NCBI RefSeq assembly: GCF_000284115.1
Contig: NC_017080.1
Coordinates: 1,950,001-1,982,000, forward strand
Length of the DNA stretch: 32,000 nt
Source of the DNA: Phycisphaera mikurensis NBRC 102666
GTDB taxonomy: Bacteria; Planctomycetota; Phycisphaerae; Phycisphaerales; Phycisphaeraceae
Reading direction: 5' to 3'
Position 1 is the stretch's first letter, and each line of letters opens with the position of its first letter. This document shows positions 1 through 8,820 of this stretch, in pieces. The position numbers were made by a program, and so were the translations under genes. Under the pieces are notes generated by a model. It made no database searches, was not told the origin of the DNA, and saw nothing but the letters and a program-made list of their open reading frames with translations.

Positions 1-1
1 C

Positions 2-820
2 GACGGGCTGCACCAGGCGGTGGAGGCCAAGGAGCGGCTGGCGCTCTCACCCCCGCGGGAGACGCTCGCGCGCATCTCCTTCCAGCGCTTCTTCCGCCAC
101 TACCGCCACCTCTCGGGCATGACCGGGACCGCCCGCGAGGAGCGACGCGAGCTTTGGAAAACCTACCGGTGCCCGGTGGTCGCGCTGCCGACGCACCGGC
201 GGCCGCAGCGGCGCGATCAGGGCATCCGCATCACCCGCAGCCGCGACTCGCGGATCGCCGAGGTCGTGCGCGACACGCAGGAGAAGCGGTCGGTCGGCCG
301 GCCCGTGCTCATCGGCACGCGGTCGGTGGCCGAGAGCGAGCGGCTCAGCGAAGGCCTCGAAGCGGCCGGCATCCCGCACCGCGTGCTCAACGCCGTACGC
401 CACGGCGAGGAGGCCGCGGTGGTCGCGGGGGCCGGCGAGGTCGGGCGCGTCACGCTGGCGACCAACATGGCCGGCCGCGGCACCGACATCGCCCTCGGCG
501 AGGGCGTCGCGGAGCTCGGCGGCCTGCACGTGATCGTCTGCGGGATGAATGACGCCCGCCGCGTCGACCGCCAGCTCTTCGGGCGGGCGGCCCGCCAGGG
601 CGAGCCGGGCTCGGCCGTGATGGTCTGCTCGCTGCAGGACGGTCTGCCGGTGCAGCACGCCCCGCGCGTGGTGCGGGCCACGCTGGGGCGGCTCTTCCCC
701 CGGGGGGTCTTGCGGCTGGCGCAGCGGCGGGCGCAGAACCGGGCCCGTTCGCAGCGTGCCGGCGTGCTGAAGCGCGACCGCTGGCTCGCGGAGAGCCTCG
801 GCTTCGCCGGCATCGAGTGA
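2..820 (+). CDS. SecA-like ATPase, 3' part of the gene (5' end lies outside the window); unusually short C-terminus
   Basis: The frame is open from nt 2 (DGLHQAVEAKE...). SecA hallmarks are present: FFRHYRHLSGMTGTA, ATNMAGRGTDI, GGLHVI and DRQLFGRAARQGEPGS (motif VI). The stop at 818-820 comes only about 65 aa after motif VI. Confidence 0.85.
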   Translation, partial: DGLHQAVEAKERLALSPPRETLARISFQRFFRHYRHLSGMTGTAREERRELWKTYRCPVVALPTHRRPQRRDQGIRITRSRDSRIAEVVRDTQEKRSVGRPVLIGTRSVAESERLSEGLEAAGIPHRVLNAVRHGEEAAVVAGAGEVGRVTLATNMAGRGTDIALGEGVAELGGLHVIVCGMNDARRVDRQLFGRAARQGEPGSAVMVCSLQDGLPVQHAPRVVRATLGRLFPRGVLRLAQRRAQNRARSQRAGVLKRDRWLAESLGFAGIE

Positions 821-851
821 AGCGGGAGGTGCTGAGGTCGCCGGGTCGCGT

Positions 852-902
852 TATCGGCCCGCCGCCGCCGTCTGGCCCGGCGGAGGCACCCGCTGGCCGA
901 TA
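852..902. repeat. Nested inverted repeat in the secA-like/fliS spacer. The right arm reads GCCGATAG, which resembles a sigma-28 -10 box.
   Basis: TATCGGCC (852-859) is the reverse complement of GGCCGATA (895-902). An inner 6-bp stem CCGCCG/CGGCGG lies at 865-870 and 878-883. GCCGATAG (896-903) ends 8 nt before the fliS ATG. Confidence 0.5.
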
Positions 903-911
903 GATCCCGGC

Positions 912-1382
912 ATGACGCCCGCACGACCCGCCCAGGCTCCGAACCCTTACCTCCGCACGAAGGTGATGACCGCGAGCCCCGAGGAGCTGCGTCTCATGCT
1001 GCTCCAGGGCGCCGAACGCTTCGCCAAGGCGGGGCGGAAGGAGCTCGCCGCCGAGACGCCGGACCTCGAGAAGAGCCACGAGTCCCTGATGAAGGCTCAG
1101 CGGATCGTCGTCGAGCTCTCCACGAGCATGAATCCGCGCCTCGCGCCGGAGGTGGTGGAGCGGCTGACCGCGCTGTACACCTACATCTACAAGCTGCTCG
1201 TCGACGCCAACCTCACCCGCGAGCTCGGCCCGCTGGACGAGGCGATCCACCGCATCGCCTACGAGCGGGAGACCTGGGTGCTGCTGATGGAGCAGAACCG
1301 AGCGGAGGCCGGCGGCGACGCAAGCGGCGGCGCGGCGACCACCCGGCAGGCCGCGCTGACGGCGTATCCGCCGGCCGCGTGA
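912..1382 (+). CDS. fliS: Flagellar export chaperone FliS
   Basis: The N-terminus NPYLRTKVMTASPEELRLMLLQGAERF matches the FliS pattern (NPY..V.TASPxEL..MLY.G). KAQRIVVEL, LYTYIYKLLVDAN and LDEA follow. The size is 156 aa. Confidence 0.8.
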   Translation: MTPARPAQAPNPYLRTKVMTASPEELRLMLLQGAERFAKAGRKELAAETPDLEKSHESLMKAQRIVVELSTSMNPRLAPEVVERLTALYTYIYKLLVDANLTRELGPLDEAIHRIAYERETWVLLMEQNRAEAGGDASGGAATTRQAALTAYPPAA

Positions 1383-1666
1383 GCGAGCCCTCGCGGGGGT
1401 TGCGGGGGCGTCGCCGTGCACCGGTCGAGGTTCGGGTGTGCGGCGCCCGGGTGCCACGCCGCTTGCGGGGCGGGGTGCCCGCAGGACACGCGGCAGACCC
1501 GTGCCTCCGCCGGCGTCGCCTCCGGCGACCGCCACCCCGGCAGCGGCGTGCCGCCGACGGTGCCGAGCGTCCGGGTTCTCGCAAGAGAGGGGCGAGGAGA
1601 GGGGCAGGGCCCCCACTTGCTTGCAGCGGGCTCGCTTCGCCGATGCCCAAGCCGCACGCGGATCCG

Positions 1667-3727
1667 TCAAGCCGCGGCCGATCGCCGGGTGAGCGCCTCC
1701 GGGCCGCTGCAGAGCTCTTCGAGGGTCACCGGCGGGCCGGTCAGGTTGCCCTGGACGTGGTCGAGGCCGATGCCCTGCACGCCGGCGAGCTGCTCAGGCG
1801 TCTCCACCCCGCAGGCCAGGGTCGCGAGGCCCATGGCCCGGGCGAAGCCGATGATCGCCTGCAGCACCTGGAAGCGCGCCGTGTCCCCGCCGAGGCCGCT
1901 GATGAAGAAGCGGTCGATCTTTACCGCCCGCAGCGGGAGGCCCGCCAGGAAGGCGAGGGGCGACCGCTCGCGGCCGAAGTCGTCGAGCACCACCGCCAAG
2001 CCGGCGGCGTGGAGCTCGCGGATCGCGACGCTCACCGGCTCGCTCTGCCGATCGATCCCGACCTCCGACACCTCCAGCACCAGCCGGTGGAGCGGCAGCC
2101 CGGCCTCCTGTGCCTCGATCTGCACCCCCGCCGCGAAGCCGGGCGACAGCAGCTCGCGACGCGAGACGTTGACGTGGACCGGCGGTGCGCCCGCGATGCC
2201 GGGGGCCCGGGCGATCGCCCCCGCCGCCTCCAGGGCGGAGCGGCGGACCCAGCGGCCCAGGTCGTTGATCAGCCCCGCTTCTTCGGCAACGCCGAGGATC
2301 TCCGCGTTGCCGATGCGGCCCAGCCGGGGGTGGGTCCACGCCAGCAGCGCCTCGACGCCCACGGTGCGCCCGTCGCCGGAATCGAGGATCGGCTGGTAGC
2401 GCAAGTCCAGAGCGCTGCCGTCCAGCGCGGTCCGCAGGTCGTTCTCCAGCGTGAGTCGCCGCTGGGCGGCGGCGTGCATTGCGCCCTCGTAGGCGACGCA
2501 GGCGGGCCGCCCGGTCTCGCGGCCTTGGGCCTTGGCGGCGAACATCGCCAGGTCGCTGTCCCGGAGCAGCTCGCCGGCGTCGAGATGCTCGCGGAAGCTG
2601 GTTGCCAGCCCGATGCTCGCCGTGGAGACGCAGGCGTGCGGACGCAGCTCGTGAGGCTCGGCGAAGAGGTCGATCGCGGCGAGGGCCACCTCGCTGGCGG
2701 CGCCGAGGCAGGGGACCCGCTCGAGCAGGAGCACGAACTCGTCGCCGCCGAGGCGGTAGCCGGTCAGCGGCCCGCCGATGGGCATCGTGCAGCCCGCCGC
2801 CGCCTCGGCCGCGCCGGCCTGGAAGGACCGCTCCAGGGCGTGGATCCGCCGGGTGATGCTCAGGAGCAGCCGATCGCCCACCGCGTGGCCGAGGCTGTCG
2901 TTGATGAGCTTGAAGCGGTTGAAGTCCAAGAAGAGCAGCGCGAAGCCCCGGCCGTCGGCCGTTTCTCCACGCGGTGACCCGGCGCCCGCGGCCTCCCGCC
3001 GCGCCCGCTCCTCCTCCACCAGCACCCCCAGCCGCTCCAGCAGCGCCTGCCGGTTGGGCAGGCCGGTGAGGGCGTCCTGCAACGACATCCGGCGGATCTG
3101 CTCGGTGCGTGCTGCGACCTTCGCGTCCAGCTCTTCGACGCGTTCCGCGGCCGCCTTGGTCATCCGCCGCTTCGCCGCGAGGGCCGCGGCGGCCTGCCGC
3201 ACCTCCACCGCGTCGAAGGGCTTCTTGAGGATCAGCAGCTGGTCGTTGCGGCGGAAGCTGCGGCCCACCTCCCCGAGGCTCCGGTCGCTGAAGGCGGTCG
3301 CCACGACCACCTGCAGGCCCGGATCGGCGGCGAAGAGGTGGCGGATCGTCTCGATCCCGTCCCAGCCGCCCGGCATCCGCATGTCCACGAAGGCGACGTC
3401 GAAGGGCGTGCCGGCGCGGACCGCCGCCTCGACCAGGCGCAACCCGTCGCGGCCGGAACCGGCGACCGACACCCGAACCGCGTCGGCCTCGGCTGGGGCA
3501 TCGACCGCCCCGGCCTCCGGCCCGAAGAGCGCGGCCTCCATCGCGTCGAGCTGCCGTCCGTCCGGGTCGCTGCGCACGCCGGTGCCGCGGCTGAAGATCT
3601 TCTCGTAATCCGCCAGGATCGCCGGTGTGTCGTCGATGGCAAGCACCCGCACCGCGGGCGCAGCCCCGGCGAGGCGCGCAGGTGATCCGGCACCGAGCGG
3701 CCGGGGTGCGGGTGCGGGTGCGCTCAC
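1667..3727 (-). CDS. Response regulator with REC, GGDEF and EAL domains (c-di-GMP turnover)
   Basis: REC motifs: VRVLAIDDTP, FVDMRMPGGWDG, ILKKPF. GGDEF motif: YRLGGDEFVLLLE. EAL motifs: GVEALLAWTHP, VVLDDFG, KIDRFFI. The GTG start overlaps the upstream kinase stop in a GTGA (3724-3727). Confidence 0.9.
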   Translation of the reverse strand: MSAPAPAPRPLGAGSPARLAGAAPAVRVLAIDDTPAILADYEKIFSRGTGVRSDPDGRQLDAMEAALFGPEAGAVDAPAEADAVRVSVAGSGRDGLRLVEAAVRAGTPFDVAFVDMRMPGGWDGIETIRHLFAADPGLQVVVATAFSDRSLGEVGRSFRRNDQLLILKKPFDAVEVRQAAAALAAKRRMTKAAAERVEELDAKVAARTEQIRRMSLQDALTGLPNRQALLERLGVLVEEERARREAAGAGSPRGETADGRGFALLFLDFNRFKLINDSLGHAVGDRLLLSITRRIHALERSFQAGAAEAAAGCTMPIGGPLTGYRLGGDEFVLLLERVPCLGAASEVALAAIDLFAEPHELRPHACVSTASIGLATSFREHLDAGELLRDSDLAMFAAKAQGRETGRPACVAYEGAMHAAAQRRLTLENDLRTALDGSALDLRYQPILDSGDGRTVGVEALLAWTHPRLGRIGNAEILGVAEEAGLINDLGRWVRRSALEAAGAIARAPGIAGAPPVHVNVSRRELLSPGFAAGVQIEAQEAGLPLHRLVLEVSEVGIDRQSEPVSVAIRELHAAGLAVVLDDFGRERSPLAFLAGLPLRAVKIDRFFISGLGGDTARFQVLQAIIGFARAMGLATLACGVETPEQLAGVQGIGLDHVQGNLTGPPVTLEELCSGPEALTRRSAAA

Positions 3728-5667
3728 GCCGCCTCCCGCTTGAACCGCGGCGCCGAGGCCGTCGGCGTCGGTGCGAGCGGGAGCTCCAGCCGGAGCGTGG
3801 CGCCGCGGCCGAGGCCTTCGCTCGCCGCATCGAGGCGGCCGCCCATGGCGGTGGCCGCGTTGGCCGAGGTGTGCAGGCCGATGCCCAGGCCGCCGGGCTT
3901 GGTGCTGTTGCCCGGCCGGAAGAGCGTCGGAAAGCGTCCGCCCTCGATGCCGACGCCGCGGTCGACGACCTCGATCGCCGCGAAGCCGACGCCGGCTTCC
4001 ACCACCCGCACCTGCACCGCCGCCGGCTCCGCCTCACCGCCCGCCGCTTCGCGGGTGGCGCGGACGGCGTTGGTGATCAGGTTCCCGAGGATCTGCAGCA
4101 CCGCGTGGCGGTCCGCGTGGAGCACGACGCCCGCGCCGGAGCCGGTGGCCCGCAACGCGATGCCCTCGATCGTCGCCGAGCCGCCGTAGATCCGCAGCGC
4201 GTCCTGCACGATCTCCTCCGCATCCACGGGCTGAAGCACCGCCTCGCGGGCTTCGGCCGTCGCGTGCGCCACGTCGTTCTCCCGGGCAACGACGTGGCGG
4301 AGGTGCTCGACACCCGCCAGCACCGTCTCCAGGTCGCCGCGGAGCCCGCTGCGTTCGGCCTCGAGCCGATTGTGGAGGGCGGCGAGGTACCGCGGGAGGC
4401 CGCCGCCGCGCGGGTCGTCGCGCAGGAAGGCCGCCGCCGTCGCCGCGTCGGCGCCCAGCAGCCCCAGGGCGCGGCCGAGCCCGGGGAGCCGGCTGCTCCG
4501 GACCCCGGTGTCGGCGCTGGAGGCGGCGAGGGCGAGGCTGTTCAGCGTGTTGCCCACGTTGTGGAGGATCGTCACCGCGACGTCGGCGCGGCCGGCCCGC
4601 CGCTGGACGTCCTGCTCGTCCCGCTCCCGCTGGGCCCGCTCGGAGAGGTCGGTGATGACCAGCACGTAGCGCCGCGGCCGGCCCGCGTCGTCCCGCACCG
4701 CCACCAGATCGACCGCGAAGCTCGACCCGCCATGGGGCACGTCGTCGAGGTGGAGGTCCTCGCCGCCGGCGATTGCGGCCCGCAGGTCCGACGCGACGCC
4801 GGCGGGCGCGACGTCGGCGAGCCGGGGAACGTCCGCGGCGCAGCCGTGGAAGGCCGCCTCGGCCGCCGGGTTCACCCAGGACACCGTGCCGTCCGCCTCG
4901 GCGAGCAGAACCGCGTGGCGGGTGTGCTCCGCCACCGTCGCGAGCAGCTGCGTGCGTTCCTGCGAGATCGCCAGGTCGAACATCTGCCGCCGGATCCGAT
5001 GCACGGCGGGGCGGAACAGCAGCAGCGCCTCGAGCCCGATCACCCCCAGCAGCAGGAGCCCCGCGGCGAGGTGCGCCCGCCTCAGCCGGGCCACCTTCAG
5101 CGCCGCGGCGGCCTCGAATTCGGCCACCCGCTCGTCCATCCGCAGCAGGAAGCTCTTCTCAGTCCGCAGCAGGGCCCCGAGCGAGCCGGCGGGTCCGCCC
5201 CGCGCAAGCTCCTCCCGCACGCGGCCCGCCGCCTCCTGGAACGCGGCAAGAGCGGCGTCGAGCTCGGACGCAGGGAGGTCCAAGACGCCGGCGGACGCGT
5301 CCGCAGCTTCCGCGCCGGAGCCCGCGAGCCGGGCGTGCACGGCGTCGAGCCGGAGCAGGTCGGCGTCGAGCCGCTCGAGGACGCCCGGCCGCGACGGCCA
5401 CGCCGCGCCCAGCAACGCCTCCTTCACCACCCGCTGCGAGAGCATCCGCTGCCGCCCGGCGAGATTGATGGTGGCGGCGTCGTGGCCGTGGGCCGAGAGC
5501 ATCGTGGCCAGCAGCGCGTGGCTGCCGAGGACCAGCGCCGCGATGAGGCAGAGCCCGACCGCGTACCCGACGCGCAGCCGCCGACCGGCCGCGCGAGCGA
5601 GGCCCGCCGCCCGGTCCGACGCGGTCAACGGGTTCGCGTCCCGGGGGGTGTGGAGCGGCCTCTGCAC
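3724..5667 (-). CDS. Sensor histidine kinase with a PilJ/NarX-type N-terminal sensor region
   Basis: A TM helix is followed by INLAGRQRMLSQRV. The H-box-like motif is ILHNVGNTLNS. The N-box is LQILGNLITNAVRA, G1 is VVDRGVGI and G2 is GGLGIGLH. The gene overlaps the downstream REC-GGDEF-EAL gene by 4 bp. Confidence 0.85.
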   Translation of the reverse strand: MQRPLHTPRDANPLTASDRAAGLARAAGRRLRVGYAVGLCLIAALVLGSHALLATMLSAHGHDAATINLAGRQRMLSQRVVKEALLGAAWPSRPGVLERLDADLLRLDAVHARLAGSGAEAADASAGVLDLPASELDAALAAFQEAAGRVREELARGGPAGSLGALLRTEKSFLLRMDERVAEFEAAAALKVARLRRAHLAAGLLLLGVIGLEALLLFRPAVHRIRRQMFDLAISQERTQLLATVAEHTRHAVLLAEADGTVSWVNPAAEAAFHGCAADVPRLADVAPAGVASDLRAAIAGGEDLHLDDVPHGGSSFAVDLVAVRDDAGRPRRYVLVITDLSERAQRERDEQDVQRRAGRADVAVTILHNVGNTLNSLALAASSADTGVRSSRLPGLGRALGLLGADAATAAAFLRDDPRGGGLPRYLAALHNRLEAERSGLRGDLETVLAGVEHLRHVVARENDVAHATAEAREAVLQPVDAEEIVQDALRIYGGSATIEGIALRATGSGAGVVLHADRHAVLQILGNLITNAVRATREAAGGEAEPAAVQVRVVEAGVGFAAIEVVDRGVGIEGGRFPTLFRPGNSTKPGGLGIGLHTSANAATAMGGRLDAASEGLGRGATLRLELPLAPTPTASAPRFKREAA

Positions 5668-5819
5668 GCCGCGGTATCGACCGGCCCGCGGCGGTTCTGA
5701 ACCCGCCCGACCCGCCCTCCCCCCGCAGCGCGAGCCGGTGGAAGTCCGGCGAGAGCATCGGGCTGCATCCGCGGATCACCCCGCACGCGGGGCCGGTCGG
5801 CAATTCTCGCACGGTGCGC

Positions 5820-5847
5820 TATAGGGGGATCTCCCTCCAGCCGATAC
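5820..5847 (+). promoter_or_regulatory. Sigma-28 (FliA)-like promoter candidate upstream of the FapA-like gene
   Basis: TATA (5820-5823), 16 nt spacer, then GCCGATAC (5840-5847), compared with the enterobacterial consensus TAAA-N15-GCCGATAA. The -10 element ends 15 nt before the ATG at 5863. Confidence 0.3.
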
Positions 5848-5862
5848 GCCCGCGTCGTTCCC

Positions 5863-6471
5863 ATGAACCACCGCGCGCTGATCATCTTGCCCGACGCGAG
5901 CTGCGTCGCCGCCGCGGAGCACGCGGGCATCCGCTGCATGGGCGACCTCGCGGTGCTCGGCGGCCTCACCGACGCCGAGGTGGACATCGCCGGCTCGCTG
6001 GCGTGCGAGGGCCGGATCGTCGGAGGCCGGGTCGCCTGCGGCGGCCGGCTGACCTGCCTGAGCCTCGGTGCCGAGGATTCACCCACCGCGGTCTGGGTGA
6101 ACGCACCCCCGCCGGACGACCGCGATGTCGTCGAGGCCGGCTGGCGTCAGCACGCCACGCTCGGCCGCGAGCTCGCGGATTTGGGTCCGCGGGACGACGC
6201 CCGGCGGCAAGAGCTCCAAGCCCGACGCGAGGGCATCCTCTGGCGCTTGGACCGGCTCGCCGAGAGCTTCGGCGGCGGGGTGTTGGAGGTCCTCGAGACG
6301 CTGGAGCCCGGCGTCTCGCTTCGGCTGGGCGTCCGCCCGGAGCGGTACACCTTCGTTCAGCGGATCGCCGGGCCCCTGCGGATCGAGGCCGCGCCCGACG
6401 GGCACCCGCTGCTGCGGCAGGGCGACCGGGTGACGCCGCTGCGGGGGGCCGGCGGCTGGGTCCGGGCCTGA
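5863..6471 (+). CDS. Short DUF342/FapA-like protein (tentative)
   Basis: G-rich beta-helix-like repeats (IAGSLACEGRIVGGRVACGGRLTC) are followed by a coiled segment and a C-terminal LEPGVSLRLG motif. This resembles the C-terminal half of FapA/DUF342. The call rests on pattern recognition only. Confidence 0.4.
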   Translation: MNHRALIILPDASCVAAAEHAGIRCMGDLAVLGGLTDAEVDIAGSLACEGRIVGGRVACGGRLTCLSLGAEDSPTAVWVNAPPPDDRDVVEAGWRQHATLGRELADLGPRDDARRQELQARREGILWRLDRLAESFGGGVLEVLETLEPGVSLRLGVRPERYTFVQRIAGPLRIEAAPDGHPLLRQGDRVTPLRGAGGWVRA

Positions 6472-6509
6472 TCCAGGCGCCTGCCTGGACCTGCGCTGGT
6501 GTCGGTGCT

Positions 6510-6515
6510 TACGCT
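6510..6515 (+). promoter_or_regulatory. TANNNT -10-like box next to the start codon (leaderless-type promoter candidate) for the PAS kinase
   Basis: TACGCT, 5 nt spacer, then ATG at 6521. Confidence 0.4.
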
Positions 6516-6520
6516 CCGCG

Positions 6521-7669
6521 ATGCCCCAGCCGCTCGACACCCGCGGCGTCATGCCCAACGGACCCGCCGAGCACCAGCTCGACGTCGCCCTGCGCGCCGC
6601 GGGCGGCGGCTCGTGGATGTGGTGGCCGACGGAAGATCGCGTTTCGCTCAGCGACACCTGCTGGACGATGCTGGGCTTCGCGCCCGGCGAGTTCGGACCC
6701 TCGGGCACGGCCTGGATCGAGCGGATGCACCCCGAAGACGCCGCACGCTTCGCGGCGGTCACCGCCCGGTGCTTCGACGGCTCGGAGGACGAGTACCGGG
6801 AGGTGATCCGGTGGCGGTGCAAGGACCAGAGCTGGAAGCACATCCTCAGCAGCGGCCGGGCGGTGCAGCGCGACGCGGAAGGCCGGGCCGTCACCTTCGT
6901 CGGGGTGCTGATCGACGTAGAGCCGATCCACCGCCTGCGGCGGAAGGTGGAGGATCAGAACGAGCAGCTCGCCGCCCAGGTCGCGGAGCTCGGGGATCGC
7001 AACCACGAGCTCGAACGCTTCTCCCACGTCGCCAGCCATGACCTCCGGAGTCCGCTTCGCAACATGTTGATGTTCGCCTCGCACCTGGAGCGGTCGCTGC
7101 CCAAGGGAGGCCAAGAAGCCGCCTACGCCAGGCGGATCACCCGGGCCGGCCGGCGCATGCACAACCTGCTCGACGCGCTGCTGGAGTACGCGGAGTCCGG
7201 CCGGGGCAAGCGGCCGACCGGCGTCGCGGACCTCGCCCGCGTCGTGAGCGACGTGGTCGAGGACTCGCAGCTGGCCGCCCGGGGTGCCGCTGTGTGCGTC
7301 GGCGCCCTGCCGACCGTCTCCGGGGACCCGGTGCTGCTGCGGCAGCTGATGCAGAACCTCCTGCTCAACGCCTTCAAGTACGCCGGCGGCAGGCCACCGC
7401 GGGTGTCGATCCTGGCGGAACGGCAGGAAGCCAGCGCCGACCGGTCCGCGCGGGTGCGGATCTGCGTGGCCGACGCCGGCGAGGGCTTCGATCCGGCGGA
7501 GGCGGAGCGGCTGTTCTCGCCCTTCCAGCGGATGTCGCACAGCGCGGAGGGATCGGGCGTCGGCCTCGCCGTCGTGCGACGCGTGGCGGAGCAGCACGGC
7601 GGCCGCGCCTGGGCGGCCATGGTGAACGCGGACCAAGCCACGCGGTTCTACGTGGAGCTGCCCGGATGA
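6521..7669 (+). CDS. PAS-domain sensor histidine kinase
   Basis: A PAS-like N-terminus precedes a coiled linker. The H-box is FSHVASHDLRSPLRNM, the N-box LMQNLLLNAFKY, G1 VADAGEGF and G2 GSGVGLAVVRRV. Confidence 0.9.
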   Translation: MPQPLDTRGVMPNGPAEHQLDVALRAAGGGSWMWWPTEDRVSLSDTCWTMLGFAPGEFGPSGTAWIERMHPEDAARFAAVTARCFDGSEDEYREVIRWRCKDQSWKHILSSGRAVQRDAEGRAVTFVGVLIDVEPIHRLRRKVEDQNEQLAAQVAELGDRNHELERFSHVASHDLRSPLRNMLMFASHLERSLPKGGQEAAYARRITRAGRRMHNLLDALLEYAESGRGKRPTGVADLARVVSDVVEDSQLAARGAAVCVGALPTVSGDPVLLRQLMQNLLLNAFKYAGGRPPRVSILAERQEASADRSARVRICVADAGEGFDPAEAERLFSPFQRMSHSAEGSGVGLAVVRRVAEQHGGRAWAAMVNADQATRFYVELPG

Positions 7670-7756
7670 GCGGGCGGACCGCGCATCGGCGGCCGCCCGG
7701 CGATCTCCCTACGGTGGCAGCGCACGATCATGCTTGGGCCGGGCGGCTGCACCACG

Positions 7757-8206
7757 ATGACCGATGAAACCGCCGACGCTGACTCCACGATGGGAGCGGG
7801 CAAGACCCTTCTGCTGGTCGACGACAACGAAGACGACCGCTTCCTCGCGCGCCTGGCGCTGGGTCGCGTGGCGAGCGGATTGGAGATCGCGGAAGTCGCG
7901 GACGGCCGCGCTGCACTGGATTGGCTGCGGGCCGCCGAGGACCCGCCGGCGCTGGTGCTCCTCGACCTCAAGATGCCGCGCCTGGACGGGGCCGGCGTGC
8001 TCGGCGAGCGTCGCGCCGATGCAAGGCTCCGCCCGATCCCCGTCGCCGTCTTCACCACCAGCGTCTCCGAGGAGGACGTGAAGAGGTCGTACGACCTCGG
8101 CGCGAGCGTGTACCTCCCCAAGCCCGACAGCGTCGACCGCCTCGAGGAGATGCTCGGCGACCTGATGCGCGTCTACCTCAAGCACGCGCGGCCCGCGACG
8201 CCCTGA
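7757..8206 (+). CDS. Single-domain (CheY-like) response regulator
   Basis: KTLLLVDDNEDDRFL, VLLDLKMPRLDG, VAVFTTS and GASVYLPKP are present. An alternative ATG lies at 7730. Confidence 0.85.
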   Translation: MTDETADADSTMGAGKTLLLVDDNEDDRFLARLALGRVASGLEIAEVADGRAALDWLRAAEDPPALVLLDLKMPRLDGAGVLGERRADARLRPIPVAVFTTSVSEEDVKRSYDLGASVYLPKPDSVDRLEEMLGDLMRVYLKHARPATP

Positions 8207-8266
8207 TCGAGCGTCCCGGCGCGGCGACGGGAGCACAGCACCGTTCCGCACCGGATGCACCGGGCC

Positions 8267-8272
8267 TACCTT
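8267..8272 (+). promoter_or_regulatory. TANNNT box next to the start codon (leaderless-type) for cbiX
   Basis: TACCTT, 5 nt spacer, then ATG at 8278. Confidence 0.4.
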
Positions 8273-8277
8273 CGGCG

Positions 8278-8814
8278 ATGCCGATCCCCGATCCCGCCAC
8301 GCCCGCCGAAATCGGCGTCATCATCGTCGACCACGGGTCTCGCCGCGCCCAGAGCAACGCGTCGCTCGAGGAGGTGGCTCGCCTGTTCGCGCAGCGTTTC
8401 TCCGACGCGCCCATCGTCGAGGCGGCTCACATGGAGCTGGCAATGCCCGACATCGCCGCGGCGTACGACGCCTGCGTGCGGCGTGGCGCCCGCCGGATCG
8501 TGATCCTCCCGTTCTTCCTCGCGCAGGGCAAGCACTGGACCCGGGACATCCCCAGCCTCACCTCGCAAGCCGCCGAGAAGCACCCCGGGACGGCGTACCA
8601 GATCGCCGAGCCGCTGGGCATCGACGATCTGATCCTCGACCTCCTGAAGAAGCGCCTCGACGCCGACGACCAGCCGGTGCTGGCCTCCGGCGAAGCCGAC
8701 CCGCGCCTCGCGGAGGTCGCGCCCACCGAGCGCCGGATCCAGTGCGCCACCTGCCCCTTCGTGCTGCACGAGGACCTGACCGTCACCATCAAGCCCGGCA
8801 GCGGCATCGGTTGA
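8278..8814 (+). CDS. cbiX: CbiX/SirB-type sirohydrochlorin chelatase
   Basis: IGVIIVDHGSRR, IVEAAHMELAMPDI, RIVILPFFLAQGKHWTRDIP and IAEPLG are present. The upstream part of ORF 7921-8814 overlaps the response regulator and is R/P-rich noise. Confidence 0.75.
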   Translation: MPIPDPATPAEIGVIIVDHGSRRAQSNASLEEVARLFAQRFSDAPIVEAAHMELAMPDIAAAYDACVRRGARRIVILPFFLAQGKHWTRDIPSLTSQAAEKHPGTAYQIAEPLGIDDLILDLLKKRLDADDQPVLASGEADPRLAEVAPTERRIQCATCPFVLHEDLTVTIKPGSGIG

Positions 8815-8820
8815 CGCACA

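Noticed and set aside
851-859. A perfect sigma-28 -10 consensus (GGCCGATAA) is readable on the minus strand.
   Set aside because: It would drive transcription antisense into the 3' end of the SecA-like gene, and no -35 element or downstream gene fits. It is more simply the left arm of the inverted repeat whose right arm faces fliS.
1585-1613. A G-rich direct repeat GAGAGGGGC (1585-1593 and 1597-1605) in the 284-bp convergent fliS/GGDEF spacer, considered as a G-quadruplex or small RNA.
   Set aside because: There are only two short copies and irregular G-runs, and no flanking promoter or terminator signals. The evidence is insufficient to call.
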